From: an uncultured Holophagales bacterium
Lineage (GTDB): Bacteria; Acidobacteriota; Thermoanaerobaculia; Multivoradales; UBA5704
Length of the DNA: 64,000 bases
Reading direction: 5' to 3'
NCBI GenBank assembly: GCA_963842525.1
Contig: CAWJGT010000009.1
Location: 1,911,832 to 1,975,831 of the forward strand
Part shown: piece by piece, positions 40,176 to 51,482 of the stretch
Layout: every line of letters begins with the position of its first letter
Position numbering within the stretch: position 1 is the first letter of the stretch
Notes under the pieces: model-generated
Databases searched by the model: none
Seen by the model: the letters and a program-made list of their open reading frames with translations, nothing else
What the model was told of the DNA's origin: nothing
Position numbers and translations under genes: made by a program

Positions 40176-42614
40176 ATGGCGGACGACGCATCGATCTACG
40201 AAAAGCTGGGGGTCTTCTATCTCGGAAGGCCTTATGACCTGGCGCGGGGGGAGGCTTCCGCCGAGCCGCTGCTCTACGATTCGCGCGACCTGGTGACCCA
40301 CGCGGTCTGCGTGGGCATGACCGGCAGCGGCAAGACCGGGCTGCTGATCTCGCTCCTCGAAGAGGCGGCGATCGACAAGGTCCCTGCCCTGGTGATCGAC
40401 CCCAAGGGCGACCTGGCCAACATCCTGCTGACTTTCCCGGAGCTGCGGCCGGAGGACTTCGCGCCGTGGATCGATCCCGACGCGGCGGCCCGGGCCGGGC
40501 TGACGCCCGAGGCCTTCGCGGCCAAGGAGGCCACGACCTGGCGCGAGGGGCTGGCGCGCTGGGGGCAGACCGGCGAACGGATCGCCCGTCTGCGGGAGGC
40601 CGCGGACCTCGCGATCTATACACCCGGGAGCGAGGCGGGGCTGCCGGTCTCCATCCTCTCGTCGCTCTCCGCGCCGCCTACTGAGGTGATCGCCGACGGC
40701 GACCTGCTGCGCGAGCGGGTGCAGACCCTGGTGTCCAGCCTCCTGTCGCTCCTCGACGTCGACTCCGACCCGGTGCGCGGGCGCGAGCACATCCTCCTCG
40801 CCAACATCTTCGATGCGGCCTGGCGGGCGGGGAAGAGCCTCGATCTGGCGGCCCTGATCCAGCAGATCCAGAAGCCGCCGGTGGACCGCATCGGCGTGCT
40901 CGACCTGGAGTCCTTCTATCCCGCCAAGGAGCGGTTCGAGCTGGCCATGGCCTGCAACAGCCTGCTCGGCTCTCCGGGCTTCGCGGCCTGGCTCCAGGGC
41001 GAGCCGCTGGACGTCGACCGGCTGCTCTACACGGCCTCCGGCAAGCCGCGGATCGCAATCCTGTCCATCGCCCATCTGTCGGACCGGGAGCGGATGTTCT
41101 TCGTCTCCCTGCTGCTCAACCAGACCCTGGGCTGGATGCGCAGCAGGCCGGGCACGAGCAGCCTGCGGGCGATCCTCGCCATGGACGAGGTCTTCGGCTA
41201 CATGCCGCCGGTGGCCGAGCCGCCGTCGAAGCGCCCGCTCCTGACCCTGCTCAAGCAGGCGCGCGCCTATGGCCTCGGGCTCGTCCTCGCCACCCAGAAC
41301 CCGGTCGACCTCGACTACAAGGGGCTCTCGAACGTCGGCACCTGGTTCCTGGGACGCCTGCAGACCGAGCGCGACAAGCAGCGTCTGATGGACGGCCTCG
41401 AGGGGGCGGCGGCCGGCGGCACGTTCGACCGCGGCCGGATGCAGCAGGTCCTCGCCGGGCTCGGCAACCGGGTCTTCCTTTTGCACAACGTGCACGAGGA
41501 CGCACCTGTGGTCTTCCAGACCCGCTGGGCCCTCTCCTATCTGCGCGGCCCGCTCACCCGGCCCGAGATCAAGCGCCTCATGGACCCCAGGAAGCAGGGC
41601 ACGGCTGCGCCGCAGCCGGCGGCGAGCCCCGCCCCGGCCGCGTCTCCAGCACCGGTCCCGGCTGCGTCTGCGACATCCGGAACGTCTGCAGCCCCGGTGC
41701 TGCCGCCGGAGGTCTCCCAACGCTTCCTGCCGGTCCGGGCGCGCCCCGAAGGGATCGTCTACGAGCCGCACCTCTACGCCGCGGCCACGGTCCACTTCGT
41801 GGAGGAGAAGCAGGGGATCGACTTCGCGGACGAGGCAGCGCTCCTGGCACTGCTGCCGGACGGCGATGCGGACGTGGACTGGTATAAGGCCCAGGCTGTG
41901 GACCTCGAGCGCGAGGATCTGGAGGCCGAGGCGGTCCCACAGGCCCGCTTCGGCCGCCTGCCGGACGAGGCGGTGCGGGCGAAGAGCTACGACGCCTGGA
42001 AGAAGGACCTCGAAGAGTGCCTCTACCGGACCCGCCGCTGCGAGCTGTTTCGCAGCCCCTCCCTCGACGTGCTCTCCCAGCCTGGTGAGACCGACCGGGA
42101 CTTCCGCATCCGGCTTGGCGATCTCGCCCGCCAGGGGCGCGACGAGCAGGTGGAGGCCCTGCGGCGGAAGCACGAGCCGCGGGTGCGGCAGATCGAGGAC
42201 CGGATGCGCCGTGCCGAGCAGACCGTCAACAAGCAGGCGGATCAGGCGCGGACGCAGACCTGGAGCACGGTGCTCTCCGCCGGGACGACCGTCCTCGGCG
42301 CTCTGTTCGGCCGCAAGGCCATGAGCCGCTCGAACCTCGGAGGCGCCGCGAGCGCGGCCCGCGGCTTCGGCCGGACCCTCCAGGAGAGGAAGGACGTCGC
42401 GCGCGCCGAGGAGAACGTGGACGCCTTGAAGAAGCAGCTCGCCGATCTCAACGCCGAGTTGGAGGCCGAGGTCGAGCGCATCGAGGCACGGCTCGATCCG
42501 CAGACCGAGGAGCTGGAGGCGCTGTCTCTCAAACCCCGGCGCAAGGACGTGGAGGTGCGGTACCTCGTCCTGGCCTGGGCCCCGAAGCAAGGCTCCGGCG
42601 AGCCGGCGTGGTGA
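40176..42614 (+). CDS. HerA/FtsK-like (DUF87-type) ATPase with C-terminal coiled coil
   Basis: GMTGSGKT, IDPKGD, MDEVFG, LATQNPVDLD. Confidence 0.88.
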   Translation: MADDASIYEKLGVFYLGRPYDLARGEASAEPLLYDSRDLVTHAVCVGMTGSGKTGLLISLLEEAAIDKVPALVIDPKGDLANILLTFPELRPEDFAPWIDPDAAARAGLTPEAFAAKEATTWREGLARWGQTGERIARLREAADLAIYTPGSEAGLPVSILSSLSAPPTEVIADGDLLRERVQTLVSSLLSLLDVDSDPVRGREHILLANIFDAAWRAGKSLDLAALIQQIQKPPVDRIGVLDLESFYPAKERFELAMACNSLLGSPGFAAWLQGEPLDVDRLLYTASGKPRIAILSIAHLSDRERMFFVSLLLNQTLGWMRSRPGTSSLRAILAMDEVFGYMPPVAEPPSKRPLLTLLKQARAYGLGLVLATQNPVDLDYKGLSNVGTWFLGRLQTERDKQRLMDGLEGAAAGGTFDRGRMQQVLAGLGNRVFLLHNVHEDAPVVFQTRWALSYLRGPLTRPEIKRLMDPRKQGTAAPQPAASPAPAASPAPVPAASATSGTSAAPVLPPEVSQRFLPVRARPEGIVYEPHLYAAATVHFVEEKQGIDFADEAALLALLPDGDADVDWYKAQAVDLEREDLEAEAVPQARFGRLPDEAVRAKSYDAWKKDLEECLYRTRRCELFRSPSLDVLSQPGETDRDFRIRLGDLARQGRDEQVEALRRKHEPRVRQIEDRMRRAEQTVNKQADQARTQTWSTVLSAGTTVLGALFGRKAMSRSNLGGAASAARGFGRTLQERKDVARAEENVDALKKQLADLNAELEAEVERIEARLDPQTEELEALSLKPRRKDVEVRYLVLAWAPKQGSGEPAW

Positions 42615-42820
42615 CCTCACCCCCTGTCCCCCTCTCCCATCGCCCCCCCTTCCTCCGGGAGAGGGGGGACGTGGTTGGTGCTCTGAGGGAATAGTTTGCC
42701 GGAGTTTCCTCAGGGACTCCCTTACAACAAAGCTTCGACCTCGCCTGCAAGCCTGAGCGACGTCCCCCCTCTCCCGGTCGGTGGGGGGGCGATGGGAGAG
42801 GGGGACAGGGGGTGAGGCCC
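42615..42820. repeat. Inverted REP pair (CCTCACCCCCTGTCCCCCTCTCCC family)
   Basis: Arms at about 42615-42672 and 42758-42817 are reverse complements. Confidence 0.8.
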
Positions 42821-42928
42821 CATGGAACCACATAGGCCTCCTCCCGCTCTAAGAGGGCATGAGGGCTGGGTGGTACCATAGCCGGGGCGGGCTGATTCCG
42901 CCCCCGTGAGGCGAAAAGGAGCCGGCAA

Positions 42929-43495
42929 TTGGAGATCCTCTTCAGCATCCTCATCGGCCTGGGTCTGAGCGCGGCGTGCGGGTTCCGGGTCTTCGTCCCG
43001 CTGTTCACCATGTCGCTGGCCTCCCGCGCCGGCCTCGGGCATCTGGTCCTCGGCGAGAATTTCGACTGGATCGGCTCGACGCCGGCGCTGATCGCCTTCG
43101 GGGCCGCCACGGTCCTGGAGATCGCCGGCTACTACATCCCCTGGGTTGACAACCTGCTCGACGCCGTGGCGACGCCGACAGCGGTGATCGCCGGCGTCAT
43201 CGTCATGGCGTCGTCGGTCACCGACGTGAGCCCGTTCCTCAAGTGGACGCTGGCGATCCTGGCGGGCGGCGGCACGTCGGCGGTTTTCCAGGGGATCACC
43301 GCCACGGTGCGGCAGGTCTCGTCGTTCACCACGGGAGGGCTCGGCAACCCGGTGGTGGCCACGGTGGAGGCGGGCGGGTCGGCCCTGCTTGCCGTGCTCG
43401 CCATCACGCTGCCGGTCCTCGCGGTGCTGATCGTCCTCGGCCTGTTGTTCTTCGGGGTGCGGAAGCTGCTCTTCCGGCGTCCTCGCATGGCCTGA
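42929..43495 (+). CDS. DUF4126 membrane protein
   Basis: GLSAACGFRVFVPL; EIAGYYIPWVDNLLD; TGGLGNP. Confidence 0.85.
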   Translation: MEILFSILIGLGLSAACGFRVFVPLFTMSLASRAGLGHLVLGENFDWIGSTPALIAFGAATVLEIAGYYIPWVDNLLDAVATPTAVIAGVIVMASSVTDVSPFLKWTLAILAGGGTSAVFQGITATVRQVSSFTTGGLGNPVVATVEAGGSALLAVLAITLPVLAVLIVLGLLFFGVRKLLFRRPRMA

Positions 43496-43521
43496 GGAGG
43501 CTCGTCGCCAGGAGGTGGCTC

Positions 43522-44673
43522 ATGCTGAACGGAAGACCATCCTCGGTGCTCGGGAAGCTGGCGGGGGGCTTCGCGCTCCTGGCCGCGTTCCTCGGACCGA
43601 TCGGTTGTGCCTCGGCGGGGTCCAGCGGCTCGCCGGACCTCGCACGGGCGTTGCGCGCCCGCGGCCTCGATCCTGCGTCCGTGATCGTCCCGTTCGAGCT
43701 CACCGACGAAATGCGCGCCTGGGCCCACCAGCAGGTGCCGGATTCGACGCCGTACGAGAAACGCCTCGACGTCCTGTTGGCCGGGCTGCTCGACCCCGCC
43801 CGCCTGTGGATCGAGTATGAAGGCCGCCACACCGCAACCGCCGCGGAGGTGTTCCGGAACCACCGCGCCAACTGCCTTGCCTTCGCCAGCCTCTTCGTGG
43901 GCCTGGGACGTGAGCTGGGCGTGCCGGTCGTCTACCTGGACGTCGACGACATCGAGAAGTTCGAGAAGGAAGGGGACCTCATCGTCGTCTCGGGGCACGT
44001 CAGCGCCGGGTACGACACAGGACCGTCGCTCAGAGTCCTCGACTTCTCGGCCGCACCCGTGGCGGAGTACCGCAAGGTGCGGCCCATCTCGGACCTCACG
44101 GCGATCGGCCTGTTCTACTCGAACCGCGGGGCCGAGCTGCTGCGCGCCAATGAAAACCGGGAGGCGCTCGAGTGGCTGCGCAAGGCGGTGGCGATCGAGC
44201 CGGAGCTCGGCGGCTCCTGGATCAACTACGGCGTCGCCCTGCGCCGCGCCGGCGATATCGCGGGCGCCGCGGGCGCATACCGCAAGGCCCTGGAGGTCGA
44301 TCCCACCGCCCTCTCCGCCTACCAGAACCTGGCCGGCCTCCTGCACCTCCGCGGCCAGGGCAAGGAGGCCGAGGAGCTGCTGGAGGTCTCGCGGCGGCTG
44401 GGCAGCCGCAACCCGTTCATCTATCTGACGCTCGGCGACCTGAGCTTGTCGCACGGCCGCGTCGACGAGGCGCGGCGGTTCTACCGCAAGGCGCTACGCC
44501 TCTACCGCGAGAGCGCCGAGCCTTATGCCGCCATGGGGCTCCTGGCCCTCAGCGCCGGCGATACCAGGGACGCCCGGAAGTGGCTGCGCAAGGCGGCGGC
44601 CATCGACCAGGAAAACCAGCGGGTCCGCCGGCTCTCGGCACGCCTCGACCGGCGGGCCGGAGGCGGGGGCTAG
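43522..44673 (+). CDS. Transglutaminase-like + TPR protein, possible lipoprotein
   Basis: ANCLAFA...GHV...LDF triad-like motifs; FYSNRGAE followed by TPR repeats. Confidence 0.75.
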   Translation: MLNGRPSSVLGKLAGGFALLAAFLGPIGCASAGSSGSPDLARALRARGLDPASVIVPFELTDEMRAWAHQQVPDSTPYEKRLDVLLAGLLDPARLWIEYEGRHTATAAEVFRNHRANCLAFASLFVGLGRELGVPVVYLDVDDIEKFEKEGDLIVVSGHVSAGYDTGPSLRVLDFSAAPVAEYRKVRPISDLTAIGLFYSNRGAELLRANENREALEWLRKAVAIEPELGGSWINYGVALRRAGDIAGAAGAYRKALEVDPTALSAYQNLAGLLHLRGQGKEAEELLEVSRRLGSRNPFIYLTLGDLSLSHGRVDEARRFYRKALRLYRESAEPYAAMGLLALSAGDTRDARKWLRKAAAIDQENQRVRRLSARLDRRAGGGG

Positions 44674-44687
44674 GGCGCGCACCCGTC

Positions 44688-46919
44688 TTGACCGACCCCA
44701 TCTGGCGGATCTGGGCCGACACCGGCGGGACGTTCACCGACTGCCTGGCGGTCGACCCCGCGGGCCGGCTCCACCGCGCCAAGGTCCTCTCGACGAGCGC
44801 GCTGCGCGGCCGGATCGTGGAGCGGACCGGTCCGGCCGGCGTCCGCATCGGTCCCGGGATGGCGGGTCCCGTCGGGCTTCTTCCGCGGCTTCGCCTTCCA
44901 GGTCCTCGGTGCTGTGGATGCCGGAAGGACGGTCCTGGAGCACGATGCTGCCGAGGGGCGCCTGGAGCTCGACGCTCCGCTCGACGAGGGTCCTCTGGAA
45001 GGAGCCGCCTTCGAGCTGCGCTCGCCCGAGGAGGCGCCGGTGCTCGCCGCGCGGCTGGTCACCGGGACGCCGCTCGGCGCGCCGCTCCCGCCCATGGCCC
45101 TGCGCCTTGCCACAACCCGGGGGACCAATGCGCTGCTGGAGCGCAAGGGAGCGGCCACCGCGCTCTTCATCACCCGGGGGTTCGGCGATCTGCTGCGCAT
45201 CGGCACGCAGCAGCGGCCCGACCTTTTCGCGCTGGCGATCGAGAAGCCCGAGCCGCTCTACCGCGAAGTCGTCGAGGTTCCCGAGCGCCTGGCCGCGGAC
45301 GGCTCCGTCCTGCTGCCGCTGGATGCGGAGGCGGTGAGGGAGGCCGGCCGGCGCCTGCGTGCGGCGGGGATCGAGACGGCCGCGGTGGCGCTGATGCACA
45401 GCTTCCGCAACCCCGCGCACGAGGAGGAGCTGGGCGAGATCCTGCGGGGCTGCGGCTTCCGGTATGTCTCGCTGTCGTCGCAGCTCGCGCCGCTCATCAA
45501 GCTGCTGCCGCGGGCCGAGACGGCGGTGGTGGACGCCTATCTCGCGCCGATCCTGGACCGCTATCTGTCCGGGGTGGCCGGCGCGCTGGCGGAGGGGTCT
45601 CTCCACGTCATGACCAGCGCCGGCGGGCTGGTGCGGGCGGGCTCGTTCCAGGCCAAGGACGCCCTCCTCTCCGGTCCTGCCGGCGGGGTGGTGGGGGCCG
45701 CGCTCTCGGGCCGGCGCTCCGGGCTCGACCGGGTCATCGCCTTCGACATGGGCGGAACGAGCACGGACGTCGCGCGCTACGACGGCGACTTCGAATACCT
45801 CTTCGAGCACCGGGTCGGCGACGCGCATCTGGTCGCGCCGGCGCTGGCAATCGAGAGCGTGGCGGCCGGAGGCGGCTCGATCTGCTCCTATGACGGCATC
45901 CAGCTCCGGGTCGGCCCCGAGAGCGCGGGCGCCTGGCCCGGGCCGGCCTGCTACGGGGCCGGGGGGCCGCTCACGCTCACCGATGTCAACCTGCTCCTCG
46001 GCCGGCTCGATCCCGGCCGCTTCGAGATCCCGACTCGATCCGACCGCGGCGGAGCGGGCCCTGGAGCAAGCTGCTGGCGCATATGGCTGCGGAGGAGACC
46101 GCGGCGCCCGCTCGCGAGGCGGTCCTCGGCGGGTTCCTCGAAATCGCCGACGAGCGGATGGCCGAGGCGATCCGCGGCATCTCGGTCCGCCGCGGCTGCG
46201 ATCCTGCGGGCTATGCTCTGGTGGCCTTCGGCGGCGCCGGGGGCCAGCACGCCTGTGCGGTGGCCAGCCTTCTAGGGATCGGCCGCGTCGTGGTACCGCG
46301 CGATGCCGGCCTGCTCTCCGCCCTCGGCCTCGGCGCCGCGGTGGTAGAGCGCTTTGCCCACCGGCAGGTCCTTGAGCCTCTGGACCGGGTGGGCGGGCAG
46401 GTCGCGGAGTGGATCGGCGAGCTTGGGCGCCAGGCCGCCGAGGCGGTCGCGGTCGAGGGGGTACCCGTGGAGGAGGTCCAGGTCCGCCGGCGGATCCTCA
46501 ACCTCCGGTTCGTGGGACAGGAGGAGGCGTTGCCGATCGAGATGGAGGAGGGGGAGCCTCCGGAGAGGGCCTTCGCGGCGGCCTACCTGGACATCTACGG
46601 CTATGCTCCAGAGGACAGAGCGATCGAGCTGGAGTCGATCCGCGTGGTCGCGTCCTCCCTTCCCGCGGAGCCTGCGGGCGACGTGACCGCCGAGGAGCCG
46701 CACGAGGCCTCACCTGCCGGCACCCGTCGCGCCTGGCTTGGTGGAGGCTGGCGGGAGGTGCCGCTCTTCGACCGTGCTGTCCTCCAGCCTGGCGCGACCT
46801 TCCACGGCCCGGCGCTGGTCTTCGAGAGCCACGCCGCGACCGTGGTGGCCGAGAGATGGGAGGGAAGGGCGGACGGCGCCGGGAATCTGGTGCTCTCGCG
46901 GCCGGCTCTCATAGACTGA
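44688..46919 (+). CDS. Hydantoinase A / 5-oxoprolinase N-terminal subunit (indels)
   Basis: [54 protein letters not shown]. Confidence 0.92.
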
Positions 46920-46938
46920 GGCCCGATCGGGAGGAATC

Positions 46939-47430
46939 TTGTTCAACCGGGAACCGAGCGAACGTGACAGGCTGATCGCGGCCCGCCTCCGCCCACTGCG
47001 CCGGATCTGCGGCGTGCTGGCCGGGTTCGTGGCGGCTTACGCAGTGGCCACCTGGTTCCTGGTGGAGGGGCTGAGCATCCGCTGGGGCACCACGGTGCCG
47101 CGCGAGTTGCCGGTCGTGCTGACGGTCCTCGCCATGATCCTGATCCTCCTCTCATCCCGCCTGCGCACGTCCCTCCTCCGGGGTGGATTCAACCGCGATC
47201 CGTCGGTGTCGATCCAACTGGAGAGCGTGCTGGCGGCCTACAGCAGGGCGACCCTGGCGAGCTTTGCGGCTCTGGAGGCCGCAGCCCTGGTCGGCATCCT
47301 GATCGCGCTGCTCTCCGGCACGGTCTTCTACGGCATCTTCCTCTGCATCGCCGCCGGCTTCGCCATGTTCACCCGCTGGCCCCGGGAGAGGGACGCCGAC
47401 CGCCTCGCCAGCGGCCGCCGGTCGCCATGA
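46939..47430 (+). CDS. Hypothetical membrane protein (about 4 TM)
   Basis: Hydrophobic segments; GGAGG RBS. Confidence 0.65.
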   Translation: MFNREPSERDRLIAARLRPLRRICGVLAGFVAAYAVATWFLVEGLSIRWGTTVPRELPVVLTVLAMILILLSSRLRTSLLRGGFNRDPSVSIQLESVLAAYSRATLASFAALEAAALVGILIALLSGTVFYGIFLCIAAGFAMFTRWPRERDADRLASGRRSP

Positions 47431-47434
47431 GCTA

Positions 47435-47872
47435 CTACGAGCCGAAGTAGAAATCGTTCCGCTGGGGATCGAGCGCGAAACGGATGGAGTCGAGCAGACC
47501 GGAGTAGCCGAGGAAGGTCAGGCCGTCAGGCCAGTCTTCGGAGATGAAGAAGGTGCCTTCGGTCAGAAGGCACTCGCCTTGCTCTGCGACGAAATCCAGA
47601 GAAGCCCGTACCAGATACCCCTTCTTGATTCCCATCCGGGTGCTCATGAGCACAGGCCTGTCGGAGCTCAACGGAACTCCTGCATCCCGTGCGACATTGG
47701 GAGGCAGGACCGACCAGGCTGCACCTGTGTCGAGCTGTGCCTGCACGGGCCGACTCGATCGGCCAAAAAGAACTGTCACATAGACCTTTGCCGTAGGATC
47801 TGCGAACCCGAGGGCATGATCAGAAAACTTCGAACAGCCTTGGGTGAAAGAGGTTCCAGCGAGCTCGAGCAC
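47435..47872 (-). CDS. Retropepsin-like aspartyl protease
   Basis: AQLDTGAAWS; C-terminal TFLGYSGLL; GTG start inferred. Confidence 0.75.
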   Translation of the reverse strand: MLELAGTSFTQGCSKFSDHALGFADPTAKVYVTVLFGRSSRPVQAQLDTGAAWSVLPPNVARDAGVPLSSDRPVLMSTRMGIKKGYLVRASLDFVAEQGECLLTEGTFFISEDWPDGLTFLGYSGLLDSIRFALDPQRNDFYFGS

Positions 47873-47880
47873 GTGGCTTC

Positions 47881-48261
47881 CTATTCGATGTGCTCGACGA
47901 CGGGGAGGCGTTTCGAAGCAAGCTTCTTGAGCGTGGCGATCAGCTCCTGCTGAGTCGGGGCATAGGCCAGCAACTCTTCGCCCAGAACAGCAACCCACTG
48001 CCCCTTGTACTCTGCTGAGTGCGCGACGAGCCAACCATGCTCAGGGGTGCCCTCGAACTTGACGGGGCGTCTCCCATACACGAAGGCTGGAGCCAAGACC
48101 TCCTTCCACTTGAGAAGCTCTAGATCATCGGGGCACACAAGCAGGGCCTCATCGACAAGCTTGCGTGCCGCCCCGACATGATCCTTCTCGACGAGCTCCC
48201 GGATCTGGGACACATAGTCCGGACCCATATCTTCGCGTGCAACTTTGGCTGGTTGTCCCAT
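47881..48261 (-). CDS. DUF5678-like protein
   Basis: WLVAHSAEYKGQWVAVLGEELLA. Confidence 0.72.
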   Translation of the reverse strand: MGQPAKVAREDMGPDYVSQIRELVEKDHVGAARKLVDEALLVCPDDLELLKWKEVLAPAFVYGRRPVKFEGTPEHGWLVAHSAEYKGQWVAVLGEELLAYAPTQQELIATLKKLASKRLPVVEHIE

Positions 48262-48327
48262 GATCTCCTCCCGCCTCCGATCGCGCCCTCATGATACAGC
48301 AGGGGATGTCGGTACGGAAGAGAGTCG

Positions 48328-49485
48328 TCATCTCACCGGCACCAGCAACGCCCCTGGCCGCTCCGTCCGGCTCCTGTACTCCTCGACGAGGCGCTCGCCG
48401 ACCTCCCGGCCCTTGCCGGCGCGGGCGAGGACCACGACCGCACCTCCGAAGCCGCCGCCGGTGATGCGGGCGCCGTAGACGTCCGGCTCCTTGCCGGCGA
48501 GGTCGACGAGGAGGTCGATCTCGGGGACGGAGACCTCGAAGTCGTCCCGCAGCGACTGGTGCGAGAGGTAGAGCAGCTTGCCCAGGCGCTCGAGGTCGTT
48601 CTCCTGCATTGCAGAGACGGCGGCGCGGACGCGGGCGTTCTCGGTGATGACGTGGCGGGCCCGGCGGTCCAGAGGCTCGGGCAGGGCGGCGAGCCGCCAG
48701 AGGTCCTGGATCTCCAGGTCCCGGAGCTGTGGAAAACTCAGCAGCTCGGCTGCCTTCTCGCACTCCTGCCGGCGGATCCGGTACTCGCCCCCGGCATGGC
48801 GGTGCGAGATCCCCGAGTCGATCACCACCAGGTCGATCCCTTCCGGCAGCGGCACCCGCTCGAAACGGAGATGCCGGGTGTCGAGGAAAAGCGCACGGCG
48901 CTCGTCTGCCAGGCTCGCCGCCATCTGGTCCATGATCCCGACCGGCGCGCCCACGAAGTCGTTTTCCGCCTTCTGTCCGGCCAGGGCGAGCGCCACGTCG
49001 TCGATCTGCAGCCCGAAGGCCTCGCGCAGAGCCCGCAGCAGCGCCACCTCCAGGGCGGCGCTGGAGGACAGACCGCCGCCGAGCGGGATGTCCGACTCGA
49101 TCCGCAGGTCGAACCCGCCGATATGGAAGCCGCTGATCCGCAGCACCCAGGTGATGCCCTGGACGTAGTCGATCCAGCGGTGCTGCTCCTCCTCGTCGCC
49201 CAGCTCGTACTCCTCGATCTGCTTGTGTTTGACGTTCGCGCTCCAGGCGCGGACCCGCTGGTCGTCGCGCGGCGCCAGCTCCACCCGGGTGCGTTGCGGG
49301 ATGGCGACGGGCAGCACGAAGCCCCCGCTGTAATCGGTGTGCTCGCCGATCAGGTTCACGCGGCCGGGCGCGTCCGCGGTGACGAGCGGCGGCCGGCCGA
49401 ACAAATGGATGAAATCCTGGTCGAGGGCGTCGCGGTCGGTCTGTGTTTCGAGGACGGGTTCAGTCAAGTTGCACCTCCACTGCAC
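48328..49485 (-). CDS. galK: Galactokinase
   Basis: APGRVNLIGEHTDY, PLGGGLSSSAA, GIMDQ, GARITGGGFGG. Confidence 0.95.
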   Translation of the reverse strand: MQWRCNLTEPVLETQTDRDALDQDFIHLFGRPPLVTADAPGRVNLIGEHTDYSGGFVLPVAIPQRTRVELAPRDDQRVRAWSANVKHKQIEEYELGDEEEQHRWIDYVQGITWVLRISGFHIGGFDLRIESDIPLGGGLSSSAALEVALLRALREAFGLQIDDVALALAGQKAENDFVGAPVGIMDQMAASLADERRALFLDTRHLRFERVPLPEGIDLVVIDSGISHRHAGGEYRIRRQECEKAAELLSFPQLRDLEIQDLWRLAALPEPLDRRARHVITENARVRAAVSAMQENDLERLGKLLYLSHQSLRDDFEVSVPEIDLLVDLAGKEPDVYGARITGGGFGGAVVVLARAGKGREVGERLVEEYRSRTERPGALLVPVR

Positions 49486-49508
49486 GGAGCTCGGCGGCCT
49501 TCATTGCT

Positions 49509-51425
49509 TCAATCGTCGTCGAAAGGCGGCGCCTCGGGCTCGTGCCGTGTGCCCGCCGGGGCGTTGTGCCGCAGGAATCTCGCCTTCTTGCGCCGCCGTT
49601 GCAAAGGCTCTCCGCGGGTGGCTGCCGCGATCTCTTCGAGCGGAAACTTGGGCGTGCGGTCGGCGCAGAGCAGGCCGTTGGCCTCCTGGTAGGTGTCGGC
49701 GAACTGCGTGTAGCAGAACCCGGCGAGCAGGGTCAGCGAGCGCACCGCGGCCAGCAGGGCCCGGTAGCGCTCGGCGAGGTCCGCTTCGCTCGAGGCCCGC
49801 GAGTAGCCCCAGGTCCCCTCCGTATCGTCGGACGCAGCAGATGCCGCCGAACTCGGTCAGCATGATCGGCAGGTCCTGGTGGTTCCCCTCTTCCAGCACC
49901 AGCAGCCGGCCGCCCGGGCGCTCACGCTTGAACAGGCGTCGGCAGGCAGCTCGGCCGCGCCGTAGCGGCGGACGATGCGCTCGGGGATCGGGTCGTAGTC
50001 GTGGATGCCGATGATGTCGGTCGCGACGCTCTCCCAGCCGTCGTTGCCGATCACCGGCCGGGTGGGATCGAGCGTCTGCGTGAGGTGATAGAGCGCCTGC
50101 ACGCAGTGGCGCTCGGGCTGCGTTGTCCGGCAGGTTCGGCACGCCCCAGGACTCGTTGAACGGCACCCAGGCGATGATGCAGGGATGGCTGAAGTCGCGG
50201 CTCGATCGCGTCCATCCACTCGCGGGTCAGCCGCTGGATCGAGACGCTTGGTGAAGCGGTAGGCGCTGGGCATCTCCTCCCAGACCAGCAGGCCCAGCCG
50301 GTCGGCCCAGTAGAGATAGCGCGGGTCCTCGATCTTCTGGTGCTTGCGCACGCCGTTGAAGCCCATCGCCTTGGCCAGCTCGACGTCGCGGCGCAGGGCG
50401 TCGTCGCTCGGGCGCGGTCAGCCCGCTCTCCGGCCAGTAGCCCTGGTCGAGCACCATGCGCAGATGGTAGGGCCGGCCGTTGAGCACGAAGCGGTCGCCC
50501 TGCACGCCGATCGAGCGGAGGGCGGTGTAGCTGCGCACCTCGTCGAGCAGCTCGCCGCGCTCGGCCCAGAGCTGGAGCTCGGCCTCGATCAGCGTCGGGC
50601 TCGCGGGGCTCCAGAGCAGCTCGTTGCGGAAGTCGTCGATCCCCGGGTCGGAGAGCGCGATCCGGCGATGGACCTCGCCGGCGACGACCGTGTAGGTGTC
50701 GTCGGCCAGGAGCTGGTCGCCGGCCCGGAGCTTGCACGCCCAGCCGCAGCCGTTCGCGCGGCTCGCCGTCCAGCACAGGCCTCGAAGCCGATCTCCCAGC
50801 GCTCGAGGCTGGGCGTCCAGCGAATGCTGCCGATCCAGGTGGCCGGCACGCGCTCGAGCCAGACCGTCTGCCAGATGCCGGTGGTGCGCGGATACCAGAT
50901 CGAGTGCGGCTCGAGCTGCCAGTCCTGCTTGCCGCGCGGCTTGGCGAGGTCGTGCGGGATCGTCGTCGGCGCGCACGACGATCTCCTGCCCGGTCTGCCC
51001 CTCGGAAGGGGCCGGAGCAGGTCGGTGATGTCGATGTGAACGGCGTGTAGCCGCCCTCGTGGCGGGCGGCCAGCGAGCCGTTGACCCAGACCGTCGCCTC
51101 GTAGTCGACCGCGCCGAAGTGGAGCAGCAGGCGCTCGCCCGAGCCGGGCAGCGGGGCCTCGAAGGCTTTCGCGGTACCAGCAGCGGCGGTAGAAGCCGGT
51201 ATCGCCGATGCCGCTGAGCAGGGTCTCGGGCGAGAAGGGAACGAGGATGGTGGCGTCCCAGGCGACCTGCACGGGAGTGCGCCACCGCGCTTCCGGGTCG
51301 AGGGCGAACTGCCACGGCCCGTTGAGCGAGATCCAGCCGTCGCGCTCGAGCTGCGGGCGGGGATAGCCATGCTCTGGTGGAGCAGGGGGATTACGAGATT
51401 CCAGGATGGTTCTCTTCTTCACCAT
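49509..51425 (-). CDS. Glycoside hydrolase family 2 (many indels)
   Basis: [67 protein letters not shown]. Confidence 0.9.
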
Positions 51426-51482
51426 TTCTGATCGTCCATGGGGCTGCAAACCGCGAGCCATGCCCTCCTATAATCGCCAGCC

